Shown here piece after piece: positions 19,055 through 28,707 of a stretch of 64,000 bases of DNA. A model generated the notes under the pieces. The model was not told where the DNA came from. It made no database searches and worked only from the letters and a program-made list of their open reading frames with translations. Source of the stretch: Methanotrichaceae archaeon. GTDB lineage: Archaea; Halobacteriota; Methanosarcinia; Methanotrichales; Methanotrichaceae. A program made the position numbers and the translations under genes. The stretch covers positions 32,001 to 96,000 of the forward strand of contig CAVVKN010000018.1 of the NCBI GenBank assembly GCA_963748825.1, written 5' to 3'. Every line of letters begins with the position of its first letter. Positions within the stretch are counted from its first letter, which is position 1.

Positions 19055-22000
19055 CAGAAATCTGCGGATGCTGCAAAGGCATTGAAGTCAAGACGCCGAT
19101 AGAGATATTTAATCGTCCAGGCTTAAACGGACTAGCCTACCGCATAGGCACCTATGCTAGCTTTATGGAGAGCATGAAGGCGAGGTTATCTGATCATGTA
19201 ATAAGCGTTCCCTGGATAACCGATGACAACGGAGAGCCTAAAGCTGTGGACGTATCTCCACTCAAGTACTTGATGATGCGGGAAGATGATCCGAGCATTG
19301 CCTTTATGGATGCTTGGGCCACTGTGGCAGATGTTTTGACCTTCTATCAGGAGCGCATTGCCAACGAGGGATACCTTCGAACGGCAACTGAACGCCTCTC
19401 TATTTTAGAGCTGGCCAGGCTGGTAGGATACAGACTCAGACCAGGGGTTTCTGCTACTGCATATCTGGCCTACACCATCGATGATGATAAGGCTGCCGAA
19501 ATACCGTTGAACGCCAGGTCTCAGAGCCTGCCGGAGCCGGGGGAGATGCCCCAGTCATTCGAGACCTCAGAAGTGCTGCAAGCCATGGGTGAGTGGAATA
19601 GCCTGAAGCCCAGAATGACCCGGCCCCAATATATTGATATCTGCAATGCTGAAACGGTAGATGTCCTCTATTTCAAAGGGATCTCTACCAATCTGAATCC
19701 CAACGATCCTCTGCTTTTCGAGTTCAGCAATAATCAACAGAATCAACAGGTCATCCGCTGGGTAAAGGAGGTTACTCCGGATCCCAAGACCAACACCACC
19801 AAGGTTGATCTTCTGGTATACTTGACGCCAGCTGCTATAATTAATGCTATAGCTCGTACAGTTAATATGTATCTCGATTTAGAATCATACTGCGTTTCAC
19901 CTGACAATGAAATTGCAATAAGAGTAATAGAATTCCTTCAAGAAATTAAAGTCGTAATAGATGAGTGCAATACTAGCGATAAAAGCGATACAATGTGCCA
20001 TGACGAGCTAATTGAAATCATAAAAAATTTTGATGAAAAGATTCCTAGCGATGTTGGACAGAATCCTCTAATAAAATTTTGGATATCTTCGCTTAAGACA
20101 GACCTGGAGGGATATCTTCCCACGGTATCATGGAGTTCTTCAATAGCTATGCTTGCAGGCGAAGGCATTAGGCGTGGAGTAAGAATTTCTGCTGCCCGAA
20201 ACTTGGAAGCATATAATGAGGTGTCCACTATTATAGCGGGTCTGGATGCAGCTCGAGTTCCACTTATGAAGAAAAGGTCGATACAGCCACGAAGCTCGAG
20301 ATATATAAATTTGCATGCCAGAGAACTCTATGCCCCACAGGCAGAAATCGGGACAAGGATGCTGAAGATCATGTATCCGAGGCTGGTGGATACTCTGGAT
20401 CGCGCTCTATCGAATGCCAGAGTCACAGCGCCCTCGAACCTGATAAGCGTCAATGCTTTTCGGGCCAAAGCTAGGCCGTTTGGCAATAATGCTCCGCAAA
20501 AACCGATCTACAATGACAAAGGCGCGATTAGAGGCTATGACGAGTGGCAACTTGCGTTAAAAGGGATAAAAAATATTAGAATTGATCTAATATTTAATAG
20601 GAAACCATTATCCTCGACGGCAGGAGTAACATATGATGATTCACTCGATGTATTTTTTAAAGAGATAGAGATTCAAGGTGAATTAGGTGCATCATTTAAA
20701 TTTGGAAAGAATGATGAGCTGAACTTAGAAATCAAAGCATATGTTGATAATTCTTTGTCAAATTATTTTTCTGAGTTTCATTTTTCTGGACCCATAAATC
20801 TCGATTTAAAAATTGAGGGTTATAACTCCATGAAAACCGATTTCTACTTCAACACTGAGAATTTCACTCTAAAGGTGGGCAACACACATATTATTTCAAA
20901 AAGCGCCGAAAGAATAGTAACATCAGTTAAAACGTATGACAACATTTCGATATTTTATGGAATACCCTTGAAGCCAGGAGAATATATTCAAAATATCCTA
21001 ACCTTAGATGCCCCTTACGAAAAGATCACTCCAGGGAGCTGGGTGCTTATCGACCGCCCTAATTCCAATCCAGGCCATGAAATTAGGAGATTCAAGGCAC
21101 AAGAGGCAAGAACTGTTTCTGAGGCTAATTACGGTATCACCGCTTCGGCTACGCAGCTCAGTCTAAAGCCGATGGAAAGTGGCAAAAACTGGCTCGAGTC
21201 CGATGACCTCACAATCTCCGTACTCCGAGGATCTACCGTATACGCCCAGAGCGAGATGCTCGAGCTTGCCGATGAGCCGATTGACCCCGAGCTTGAACCA
21301 GTATGCGGTGATGTCATCGAACTTGACCGCCTCTACACCGGCCTCGATCCAGGCAGGAGGCTTATCGTATCCGGTGAGCGCCTGGATGTTACCGGCACCA
21401 CAGGAGTCAGAGACGGCGAGCTGGTAATGCTGGCCGGAGTTACTCAGGACGTCATGAAAGTAAATTCTTTTATACCGATAGCTGAAAAAGAAAGATGCAA
21501 ACAGGAAGTTGATAAACAGAACAACTCTGTTCAAATTGGCTTGCCAGGAGATAAGACTCATACCTTCATAAAGCTGGCCAAGAAGCTGGCCTATGTCTAT
21601 AAGCGCGATACAGTAACCATCTATGGCAACGTCGTTAAGGCAACGCATGGGGAGACGAGAAACAACGAAGTTCTTGGCAGTGGTGATGCCAGCAAGTCAA
21701 TCCAGAGGCTTGCACTGCACCAGTCGCCCCTCACCTATGTCGCTGCAAATACTCCATCCGGCGCGAAAAGCACCTTGCAGGTCAGAGTGAATGATGTACT
21801 ATGGCACGAAGTCGATACAATGGCAGGCTTAAGGCCGAATGATCGCAATTATGTAATCTTTACCGATGACGAAGATAGGACCACTGTCGTATTTGGCGAT
21901 GGCAAGCAGGGGCTGCGACCGCCAACCGGAGTTGAGAATATCAGGGGCGTTTACAGAACGGGCATCGGCAAGGGAGGCAATGTAAAGGCCGAGAAGATCA

Positions 22001-22764
22001 GCCAGATGATGACCAGGCCCCTTAACGCCAAGAGCGTGATCAATCCCATGCGCGCCTCAGGAGGCGCAGACAGAGAGAACCTTCATCGAGCCAGGAAAAA
22101 TACCCCTCTGGCATTGATGGCCCTGGATCGCCTGGTCTCTGTGCAGGATTATAGCGATTTTACAAGGACATTTGCAGGCATTGAAAAAGCCAGCGCCGTT
22201 CGCATCTCCGATGGCAATAAGCAGCTGATTCATATCACCATAGCCGGAGCAGACGACATACCTATCGATGAGGATTCCGACCTCTATCGGAATCTGCTTT
22301 CAGCACTTATTGATTATGGTGATCCGGATCAGCCGGTAACGGTTGAGTTGCGAGATCTGATGCTTCTTCTGCTCAAGGCCGAGGTCAAGGTGCTGCCGGA
22401 CTACAAATGGGATTTCGTAGAGCCAAAGATCAGAGAAGCTCTGCTGGATGCATTTGGATTCGAAAAGAGAGAGCTGGGACAGGATGTCTACCTTAGCGAG
22501 GTTCTCAGCGTCATGCAAAATGTGGAAGGAGTAGGATATGTGGATGTGAATATATTGGATAGTATATCGGAAAAAACTTCCACTGACAATATTATGAACA
22601 TATATGAATCGAAATTGAAATCGAATCAACCCAGGCAATATATTAAAGCCAACCTGGCGATGCCCCCGACAAGCATCAATGCCGAGATATCTCCAGCGCA
22701 ACTGGCAATCTTCAGCCCGGATGCACCCCGCACCCTCGATCTGACGGAGGCGAAGAACTTATGA
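19051..22764 (+). CDS. Second baseplate J-like protein (Afp11/12 class)
   Basis: DVLTFYQERIANEGYLRTATERLSILELARLVGY, GNVVKATHGET, VVFGDGKQGLRPPTG, RLVSVQDY. Confidence 0.88.
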   Translation: MTEICGCCKGIEVKTPIEIFNRPGLNGLAYRIGTYASFMESMKARLSDHVISVPWITDDNGEPKAVDVSPLKYLMMREDDPSIAFMDAWATVADVLTFYQERIANEGYLRTATERLSILELARLVGYRLRPGVSATAYLAYTIDDDKAAEIPLNARSQSLPEPGEMPQSFETSEVLQAMGEWNSLKPRMTRPQYIDICNAETVDVLYFKGISTNLNPNDPLLFEFSNNQQNQQVIRWVKEVTPDPKTNTTKVDLLVYLTPAAIINAIARTVNMYLDLESYCVSPDNEIAIRVIEFLQEIKVVIDECNTSDKSDTMCHDELIEIIKNFDEKIPSDVGQNPLIKFWISSLKTDLEGYLPTVSWSSSIAMLAGEGIRRGVRISAARNLEAYNEVSTIIAGLDAARVPLMKKRSIQPRSSRYINLHARELYAPQAEIGTRMLKIMYPRLVDTLDRALSNARVTAPSNLISVNAFRAKARPFGNNAPQKPIYNDKGAIRGYDEWQLALKGIKNIRIDLIFNRKPLSSTAGVTYDDSLDVFFKEIEIQGELGASFKFGKNDELNLEIKAYVDNSLSNYFSEFHFSGPINLDLKIEGYNSMKTDFYFNTENFTLKVGNTHIISKSAERIVTSVKTYDNISIFYGIPLKPGEYIQNILTLDAPYEKITPGSWVLIDRPNSNPGHEIRRFKAQEARTVSEANYGITASATQLSLKPMESGKNWLESDDLTISVLRGSTVYAQSEMLELADEPIDPELEPVCGDVIELDRLYTGLDPGRRLIVSGERLDVTGTTGVRDGELVMLAGVTQDVMKVNSFIPIAEKERCKQEVDKQNNSVQIGLPGDKTHTFIKLAKKLAYVYKRDTVTIYGNVVKATHGETRNNEVLGSGDASKSIQRLALHQSPLTYVAANTPSGAKSTLQVRVNDVLWHEVDTMAGLRPNDRNYVIFTDDEDRTTVVFGDGKQGLRPPTGVENIRGVYRTGIGKGGNVKAEKISQMMTRPLNAKSVINPMRASGGADRENLHRARKNTPLALMALDRLVSVQDYSDFTRTFAGIEKASAVRISDGNKQLIHITIAGADDIPIDEDSDLYRNLLSALIDYGDPDQPVTVELRDLMLLLLKAEVKVLPDYKWDFVEPKIREALLDAFGFEKRELGQDVYLSEVLSVMQNVEGVGYVDVNILDSISEKTSTDNIMNIYESKLKSNQPRQYIKANLAMPPTSINAEISPAQLAIFSPDAPRTLDLTEAKNL

Positions 22765-24938
22765 ATATAGATAGGTTGTACAATCTCTTGCCGGCAATAT
22801 ACCGCATTCGTGATTCCGAGCAAGGTTATCCCTTGCGCTCGCTCTTGAGGGTGATAGCAGAGCAAGTGGACTTGGTCGAAGAGGATATCTACCAGCTCTA
22901 CGAGAACTGGTTCATTGAGACCTGCCAGGATTGGGTGGTTCCTTACATTGGTGATCTGGTCGGCTATAAGCAGGTTCACATAGCCGGAGAAGCTGATGTG
23001 ACTGCCACCTCCCAGAATCAGCAGCGCCATAAGATATTGATCCCTCGCAGAGATGTTGCCAATACCATCAAGCATCGGAGGCGCAAGGGAACATTATCTG
23101 TACTAGAGCAGATAGCAGAGGACGTCTCTGGCTGGCGGATTAGGGCGGTTGAGTCATATAAATGCTTGGCCTATAACCAGAATATAAATCACCTTTATCT
23201 GGAAAGAGGCAGAACTGTAAATTTGCGGAATTCAGAGGCCTTAGCGAATATAAATGGACCATTCGACCAACAGGCACATTTTGTTGAGATTTCAGGATCG
23301 AATGGCGGGAGAAGGACATACCATCTTAATGGAGTGGATGTCTTTGTCTGGAGGACAAGAGCATATTCTGTAACTGAAACAGAGGCCAAGAAGATCAAGG
23401 GGAAAAACCTCTTTACCTTCTCTGCCTTGGGCAACGAATCACCATTATTTGCCAAGCCAATTCACGGCCGGACTTCTGATGAATCAGGCGTTCCGATGCC
23501 TATCAGCCGCCAAGAACTAAGTGCGCACTTAGACAGATACTACGACATAATGGGGGACAGGAGTTTCAGGATCCGGAAGCTCATGGAGGGCGAAAATGTT
23601 TGGCAAACTGTTGATCCAAAGCATATCGTCTCCGCTGACTTGAAGAATCGTAGAATCTTAGAAGACAAAGAGTCCGGATTTGCAGTAGATCCCGATACAG
23701 TGGCAGTAGATCCGGAATTGGGGAAGGTCGCGTTCTTAGATCAAGTACCCGAACGGGTAAAAGTCTCTTATTACTATGGCTTTGCTGATGCAATCGGTGG
23801 TGGTGAGTACAACCGCTCTCTTTCTCAAGCCAAGGAATATAAGCTATACAGAGTAGGTCGCGACTGGTTCGAGAACATCAGTGCGGCCCTCAAAAAATGG
23901 GATGAGGAAAAGAAGAGCGAAGAGGATAAGGACGAAAAAGGCACAGTAAATGCATTAATTGAGATACTTGAAAGCGGATTATACGAAGAAAGATACGAAG
24001 AAAATTATGAAGAAAATAAAAAAATCAATATTCACTTAAATAAGAATGAAAGCCTGCAAATCAGAGCAGCGAATGGAGTCAGGCCGATCATCGAACTTGG
24101 AAACGATCTAAATGTAACGGGTGCAGAAGGAAGCAGCTTCACTATTGATGGTCTTATCATTGCAGGAGGGGCTCTCTCAATAAATGGCGAGGTTGCCAGG
24201 CTGGCAGTAAGACATTCTACTGTTGTGCCCGGCTTGGTTATCCCTTCAAACTGTAAGCCCAATCAATGCGTGTCCAGCATCAATATCCATGGCATGAAAG
24301 GTTGCTTATTTATAGAGAATAGCATAATTGGCCCCATCAATGTCGACAAAGGAACATTGGAGCCCATTTCTATTTCCATCAAGAACAGCATTTTAGATTC
24401 TCTGCATGCAGACCAAAAAATTGCGTCTTTGAGTTCCTCGTTTGGTTCTACGGCGCTTGCTGAGTTGAACATTCGCAACAGCACATTGTTGGGAAAGGTT
24501 CTGGTTCATTCCATAAAACTTGCTGAGAATACGATATTTCAGGGGAATGTGGAGGTCGCTCGCAGACAGGAAGGATGCATCCGTTTTTGCTATGTTCGAC
24601 CGGAATCAAGGACCCCGCAAAAGTTCAATTGTCAGCCTGATTTGACTTCCAAAGGGCTTAGCGGCATTGAAAAAATGCGGGCGGATGAGAGGGTCAAGCC
24701 GAGATTCATCAGCACCAAATACGGAAGCCCTTGGTATTGCGTACTTTCTGAGGACTGTGCAGATGAGATAAAGCGTGGTGCAGATGACGAGTCGGAGATG
24801 GGGGTCATGCATGACCTATACCGCCCACAGCGAGAAGCTAACCTGCATGATCGTCTTGAGGAGTTTACACCTGCAGATATGGAGATTGGAATAGTATTCA
24901 TGGGCGAAGAGGAAATTCAGGAGGATAATCAATTATGA
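22761..24938 (+). CDS. Tail/baseplate protein with P2 gpI-like N-terminus and beta-rich C-terminus
   Basis: RLYNLLPAIYRIRD, QLYENWFIETC.DWVVPYIGDLVG, RRDVANTI..RRRKGT; C-terminal GCIRFCYV...GADDESEMG. Confidence 0.8.
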   Translation: MNIDRLYNLLPAIYRIRDSEQGYPLRSLLRVIAEQVDLVEEDIYQLYENWFIETCQDWVVPYIGDLVGYKQVHIAGEADVTATSQNQQRHKILIPRRDVANTIKHRRRKGTLSVLEQIAEDVSGWRIRAVESYKCLAYNQNINHLYLERGRTVNLRNSEALANINGPFDQQAHFVEISGSNGGRRTYHLNGVDVFVWRTRAYSVTETEAKKIKGKNLFTFSALGNESPLFAKPIHGRTSDESGVPMPISRQELSAHLDRYYDIMGDRSFRIRKLMEGENVWQTVDPKHIVSADLKNRRILEDKESGFAVDPDTVAVDPELGKVAFLDQVPERVKVSYYYGFADAIGGGEYNRSLSQAKEYKLYRVGRDWFENISAALKKWDEEKKSEEDKDEKGTVNALIEILESGLYEERYEENYEENKKINIHLNKNESLQIRAANGVRPIIELGNDLNVTGAEGSSFTIDGLIIAGGALSINGEVARLAVRHSTVVPGLVIPSNCKPNQCVSSINIHGMKGCLFIENSIIGPINVDKGTLEPISISIKNSILDSLHADQKIASLSSSFGSTALAELNIRNSTLLGKVLVHSIKLAENTIFQGNVEVARRQEGCIRFCYVRPESRTPQKFNCQPDLTSKGLSGIEKMRADERVKPRFISTKYGSPWYCVLSEDCADEIKRGADDESEMGVMHDLYRPQREANLHDRLEEFTPADMEIGIVFMGEEEIQEDNQL

Positions 24939-26338
24939 ATGGCGAATTTAGAGGAGATTTTACCCGCGACAGCTTCGATCCAAAAAAGCACTTCAGCCAG
25001 GTGATGATGCAGCAGGGCAGGGTGATGTTGGATTCCGAATTCAACGAGCTGCAGCAAATCCTAACGCACCAATTGCGGACACTTGCTAAGACTTTAATAG
25101 GAGATCATGGCGGATTCGACAAAGGTTTCGAGATAGAAGTACCAACAAAAACAGATGAATCAAAAAACAAATTCAAAATACACCGGGGCTCCTATTATGT
25201 GGATGGAATATTATGCGAAAATGAAGAAGAACTAAATTATTCAGAACAATATTGGGCAGAAGAGCTTCCGAAACCTAATGATCTACGTTATTACCTCGTA
25301 TATCTGGATGCATGGGAGCGCAGCATAGGCAAGATACAGGACGAATCCGTTCTAGAGAGGGCTCTGGATGGAGTGGATACAGCGGCAAGATCCAAGATTG
25401 AATGGATAGTAAGAACCAAATATGTAGACTATTCAAGAAGCGAAAAAAAGCGCTTCTATGACGAAAATGGAGAGCCTTTGGACGAATTAAAGGATTTAAT
25501 AGATGGAGGCAAAGTCAAAGGCAGCTTGAAAGCTCAAATCAAAGAGTTAGAAGTTGCCGAAGATCTTTGCCAAATATCTACTTTTTCGGAACTTAAAGGA
25601 TTGCCTAATCTGCTTTATAGAGTAGAGGTTCATAGAAAAGGCAAAGCTTACAAAGAAGAGGTAATAGATCCAGATCCTGCAGCTACCTTTAAATGGTCTA
25701 GAATGAATGGGTCTGTAGATTTTGTAATCGATAAAATTGGTAGTCCGGCCGAAAACAATGATCAGACACTTATAGTTGATTTGAAACAAGATCTGGCAAA
25801 GGATAAGGACTTCGTATTGGCGAAAGGCGATTGGGTTGAGATTGTTGACGATAAAAGCGTGCTTAAAGGAAAGACGTTCCCTCTATGGCAGGTCCAAGAG
25901 ATAGAGAGCAGAATTGTAACTCTAAAACGCGAGATACCTAAACCTAAGAATGGCGGAGAGAATTCAGACGAATTTTGTGCCAAGAAAAATCCGCTCTTGA
26001 GACGGTGGGACCATAAAGGAGAATCAATAAAATCAAAGAACGGGGGAGTTTTGCTTTCGGAAGGAGCCTTATTGATAGAGGAAGGTAAAGACATCAATCT
26101 TGAAAATAATATTCAGATTACATTCACGGGTGGTGAATATAAATCAGGAGATTATTGGATAATTCCTGCACGTCAGGCAACGGGGGGAATTGACTGGCCA
26201 GAGGGAGAATTTTTGTCTCCGCATGGTGTTGAGCATCATATTGCCCCCCTTGCATTTATATCAATAAAGAACGATATAACAACATTTGCAGGTAGTTACC
26301 GTCGTGTGCCAAAAGAAAATTTTACTGAAGAAGATTAA
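24935..26338 (+). CDS. DUF6519-family protein, last gene of the eCIS locus
   Basis: GDFTRDSFDP.KHFSQVMMQQGRVMLDSEFNE, YYVDGILCEN, LYRVEVH, TFKWSRMNGS, GDYWIIPARQATG, PHGVEHHIAPLA. Confidence 0.82.
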   Translation: MNGEFRGDFTRDSFDPKKHFSQVMMQQGRVMLDSEFNELQQILTHQLRTLAKTLIGDHGGFDKGFEIEVPTKTDESKNKFKIHRGSYYVDGILCENEEELNYSEQYWAEELPKPNDLRYYLVYLDAWERSIGKIQDESVLERALDGVDTAARSKIEWIVRTKYVDYSRSEKKRFYDENGEPLDELKDLIDGGKVKGSLKAQIKELEVAEDLCQISTFSELKGLPNLLYRVEVHRKGKAYKEEVIDPDPAATFKWSRMNGSVDFVIDKIGSPAENNDQTLIVDLKQDLAKDKDFVLAKGDWVEIVDDKSVLKGKTFPLWQVQEIESRIVTLKREIPKPKNGGENSDEFCAKKNPLLRRWDHKGESIKSKNGGVLLSEGALLIEEGKDINLENNIQITFTGGEYKSGDYWIIPARQATGGIDWPEGEFLSPHGVEHHIAPLAFISIKNDITTFAGSYRRVPKENFTEED

Positions 26339-26409
26339 ATAAAAGCAATTCGTTGGATAATTGTGGCTATTCAAGAGGAGCTGCTCAGTCTTCAATTTTT
26401 GAATGCAAT

Positions 26410-26598
26410 ATGAGCGGTTTATAACTTTACGAGACCAGTTAAATCATTAAAGAGTGGAGGTCAATAATGATGAGCGACGTTGGGAGCCAAGATCCCCTGC
26501 TATGGCAGCAGGGATAACTGATCATATTTGGACAATTGGCGAGATTATAATGATGTTAGTTGTTCCTGAAAGTAACAACGCATAATGGGGGGATTACC
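26410..26598 (+). mobile_element. IS1-family-like transposase 3' remnant with terminal IR
   Basis: Translates VYNFTRPVKSL, then after a frameshift RVEVNNDERRWEPRSPAMAAGITDHIWTIGEII, stop at 26585. Ends in GGGGGGATTACC (reverse complement GGTAAT), resembling an IS1-type terminus. Confidence 0.7.
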
Positions 26599-26612
26599 GG
26601 AGATTGGGAAAG

Positions 26613-26828
26613 ATGACTGAGTATCTGATTATCATTGAAAAGGCTGAAAATAATTATGCAGCATATTGCCCGGATTTGCCCGGCGTCATTGCCACCGGCC
26701 CAACGAAAAAAGAAACGCTGGAACTGATGAAAGAGGCAATAGAATTCCACCTGGAAGGGTTGAAGGCCGAGCACCTCAGCATCCCTGAGCCTACTACCAC
26801 TGCTGCTTCAGTGGATGTAAGTGTGTAA
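26613..26828 (+). CDS. hicB: HicB-family antitoxin, orphan
   Basis: YLIIIEK..NNYAAYCPDLPGVIATG.T..E....MKEAIEFHLEGL......IPEP. Confidence 0.88.
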   Translation: MTEYLIIIEKAENNYAAYCPDLPGVIATGPTKKETLELMKEAIEFHLEGLKAEHLSIPEPTTTAASVDVSV

Positions 26829-26853
26829 ACGCTGGATCTTATTTTTACGGTCT

Positions 26854-27168
26854 CAGCGCCGGGCAGCCGCAGGGCCGTGGTTGCTGCCGTTGCCGCTGGT
26901 CCCGGCTGCGTTCGTGCCGCCGCCTGTGGGCCGGGCCGTCCGGGACTGCGGCGCTATCGTTAGGGCGGGCAGGAGCCCGGTTGGGCCTGAGAGCCAGGTG
27001 GCGCTGAACTCCGGCGGAGGTAATTTTCAGGATGCTGGGTTTTAGGAAACTGTGGTGATTTGCGATTACTATTAGATGATAATTATAGCCGAACAATTAC
27101 GAATATAACCGCAGAGGCGCAGAGCACGCGGAGGACGAACGAACGGAGACGACTATTGCTCAGGAGCA
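26854..27168 (+). repeat. GC-rich structured intergenic repeat, copy A (near-identical to 30140-30455)
   Basis: CAGCGCCGGGCAGCCGCAGGGCCGTGGTTGCTGCCG ... GGTTTTAGGAAAC ... GATAATTATA ... AACCGCAGAGGCGCAGAGCACGCGGAGGACGAACGAACGGAGACGACTATTGCTCAGGAGCA. Confidence 0.92.
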
Positions 27169-27220
27169 TACAAATATTAAGCAGTAGCAATAACCTTTGC
27201 AGAAGGAAGCGGTGGTTTGA

Positions 27221-27445
27221 TTGCTTGTGAAGTTTGAGGTTTACTTTGATGGAGAGAACTGGTGCGCTCGTGGAATAAGTGTCGGTATATTCACACAAGG
27301 AAAAACCCTTGATGAGCTAACTGAAAATATAAAAGAGGCAACTAGTCTGCATTTTGAAGATATTCTTGAATCTGGTGAAGAGCTGAAGATCTTATCGATT
27401 TCTGAATTTGAGGTGCAGCCTCTTGCAAAAGCGTCCGGTTGTTAG
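27221..27445 (+). CDS. hicB: HicB-like antitoxin
   Basis: WCARG...IFTQGKTLDELTENIKEATSLHF; overlaps the hicA gene. Confidence 0.8.
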   Translation: MLVKFEVYFDGENWCARGISVGIFTQGKTLDELTENIKEATSLHFEDILESGEELKILSISEFEVQPLAKASGC

Positions 27446-27671
27446 CGGCGAGAAGCTCCTCAAAGTGCTCGTTCGACTGGGCTATGAAATCATTCGGCAG
27501 AGAGGAAGTCACGTCAGGCTGAGAAAGCTAACTGCCGCAGGAGATCATAATATCACGGTTCCTTTGCACGACGAGCTGGCGAAGGGTACATTAAACGACA
27601 CTTTATCTCAGGTATCCATCTGGAATGGGATTTCGGAGGATGCCTTGATAGAAATGATTAGGCAATCATAA
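27423..27671 (+). CDS. hicA: HicA-family mRNA interferase toxin
   Basis: SGEKLLKVLVRLGYEIIRQRGSHVRL...ITVPLHDELAKGTL; probable TTG start. Confidence 0.9.
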   Translation: MQKRPVVSGEKLLKVLVRLGYEIIRQRGSHVRLRKLTAAGDHNITVPLHDELAKGTLNDTLSQVSIWNGISEDALIEMIRQS

Positions 27672-27698
27672 ACCAAACGACCAAAGAAGAAATCTAAT

Positions 27699-27895
27699 TG
27701 CAGTCTCCAGCTTAGCGATTTTTGCGGGCTACCGGCAGCAGCACCGGGCAGCCGCAGGGTCGTGGTTGCTGCCGGCGCTCGGTTCCCGGCTGCCGCTCGT
27801 GGCCGTCGCATGTGGTCCGGGCTTGCTGCGCTATCGTCCTGGCGAGCTGGCTTGCCAACCATGCACTCGTGCAAGGGGGCAGGAGGCCGGTTGGG
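27699..27895 (+). repeat. GC-rich structured repeat, copy B (5' part)
   Basis: TGCAGTCTCCAGCTTAGCGATTTTTGCGGGCTACCGGCAGCAGCACCGGGCAGCCGCAGGGTCGTGGTTGCTGCCGG matches 30100-30175. Confidence 0.88.
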
Positions 27896-27982
27896 AATGA
27901 CGCCTTTCGATGCAATTTGTCTTTTAGTTAACTTTTAATAGCAAGCTGTACATAAATTAACGGAAATCGAATAGTAATTACT

Positions 27983-28252
27983 ATGGGGTTAATCATGTCG
28001 GTAGAGGTTTCTGTAAACTCGGCCAAAAAGAATCTCGAAGATATTCTAGCGAAGCTATCTCCTGGTGAGACAGCTACTCTGATCGGCCCTGAGGGCAGAC
28101 CCATGGCCGTACTGGTTCCACTAAGATCTTCTGAGGATGTGGCAGCGGAAATTGACTGGGATGCAGAGTGGCAGGCCTTGGCCCATGAAATCGATTCAGC
28201 ATGGAAGAGCGAGAAGAGTGCTTTGGAGATTCTTGCCGAGATGAGGAGATGA
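27983..28252 (+). CDS. Phd/YefM-like antitoxin
   Basis: VSVNSAKKNLEDILAKL..GETATLI...GRPMAVLVP; ATGA-coupled to the PIN gene. Confidence 0.75.
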   Translation: MGLIMSVEVSVNSAKKNLEDILAKLSPGETATLIGPEGRPMAVLVPLRSSEDVAAEIDWDAEWQALAHEIDSAWKSEKSALEILAEMRR

Positions 28253-28692
28253 ACCTGACAATTGATGCCAGCGTCTTTGTCTCTGCAGTCCGACCTTCTG
28301 AAAAACAATATCCTCTGAGCTACGGGTTTCTGCATAGGGTGAAAGGATCAAAAATATTCTGCCCCACTTTTATGCTTGCTGAGTGTGGAGCAGCTATTGC
28401 CAGGCCGACCGGAGACTCGCTTTTGTCCGGGAGGCTGGTTAACCTCATAAAGCATTTTCCTGGGATGACACAGGTTCCTTTGGATCTGCCTCTCGCTCTT
28501 CGTGCGACAGAGATTGCCATTGAAAATCGTCTTCGTGGCGCGGATGCCGTTTATGTTGCTGTTGCTGAGGATTTTGATGCCGTTTTGGTTTCATGAGATG
28601 AAGAAATGTTAGAGCGCTGTCCCGAATCAGTGCTAGCGATGAGCCCTGAAAAATGGCTGGAAAACACCTCAAGAACTGGCGGGCGGGAATAA
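28249..28692 (+). pseudogene. vapC: VapC/PIN toxin interrupted by an in-frame TGA at 28594-28596
   Basis: LTIDASVFV...LAE...LRGADAVYVAVA....AVLVS*DEEMLER; the frame continues to TAA at 28692. Confidence 0.82.
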
Positions 28693-28707
28693 GATCATTT
28701 CAGGTAG

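Noticed and set aside
1-26338. Provirus or type VI secretion system
   Set aside because: No capsid, portal, terminase or integrase, and no TssJLM or ClpV; DUF4255, Afp15-like ATPase and DUF4157 indicate eCIS.
28594-28596. Selenocysteine recoding of the TGA in vapC
   Set aside because: The position fits a Trp in a non-redox PIN protein; a simple nonsense mutation is more parsimonious.
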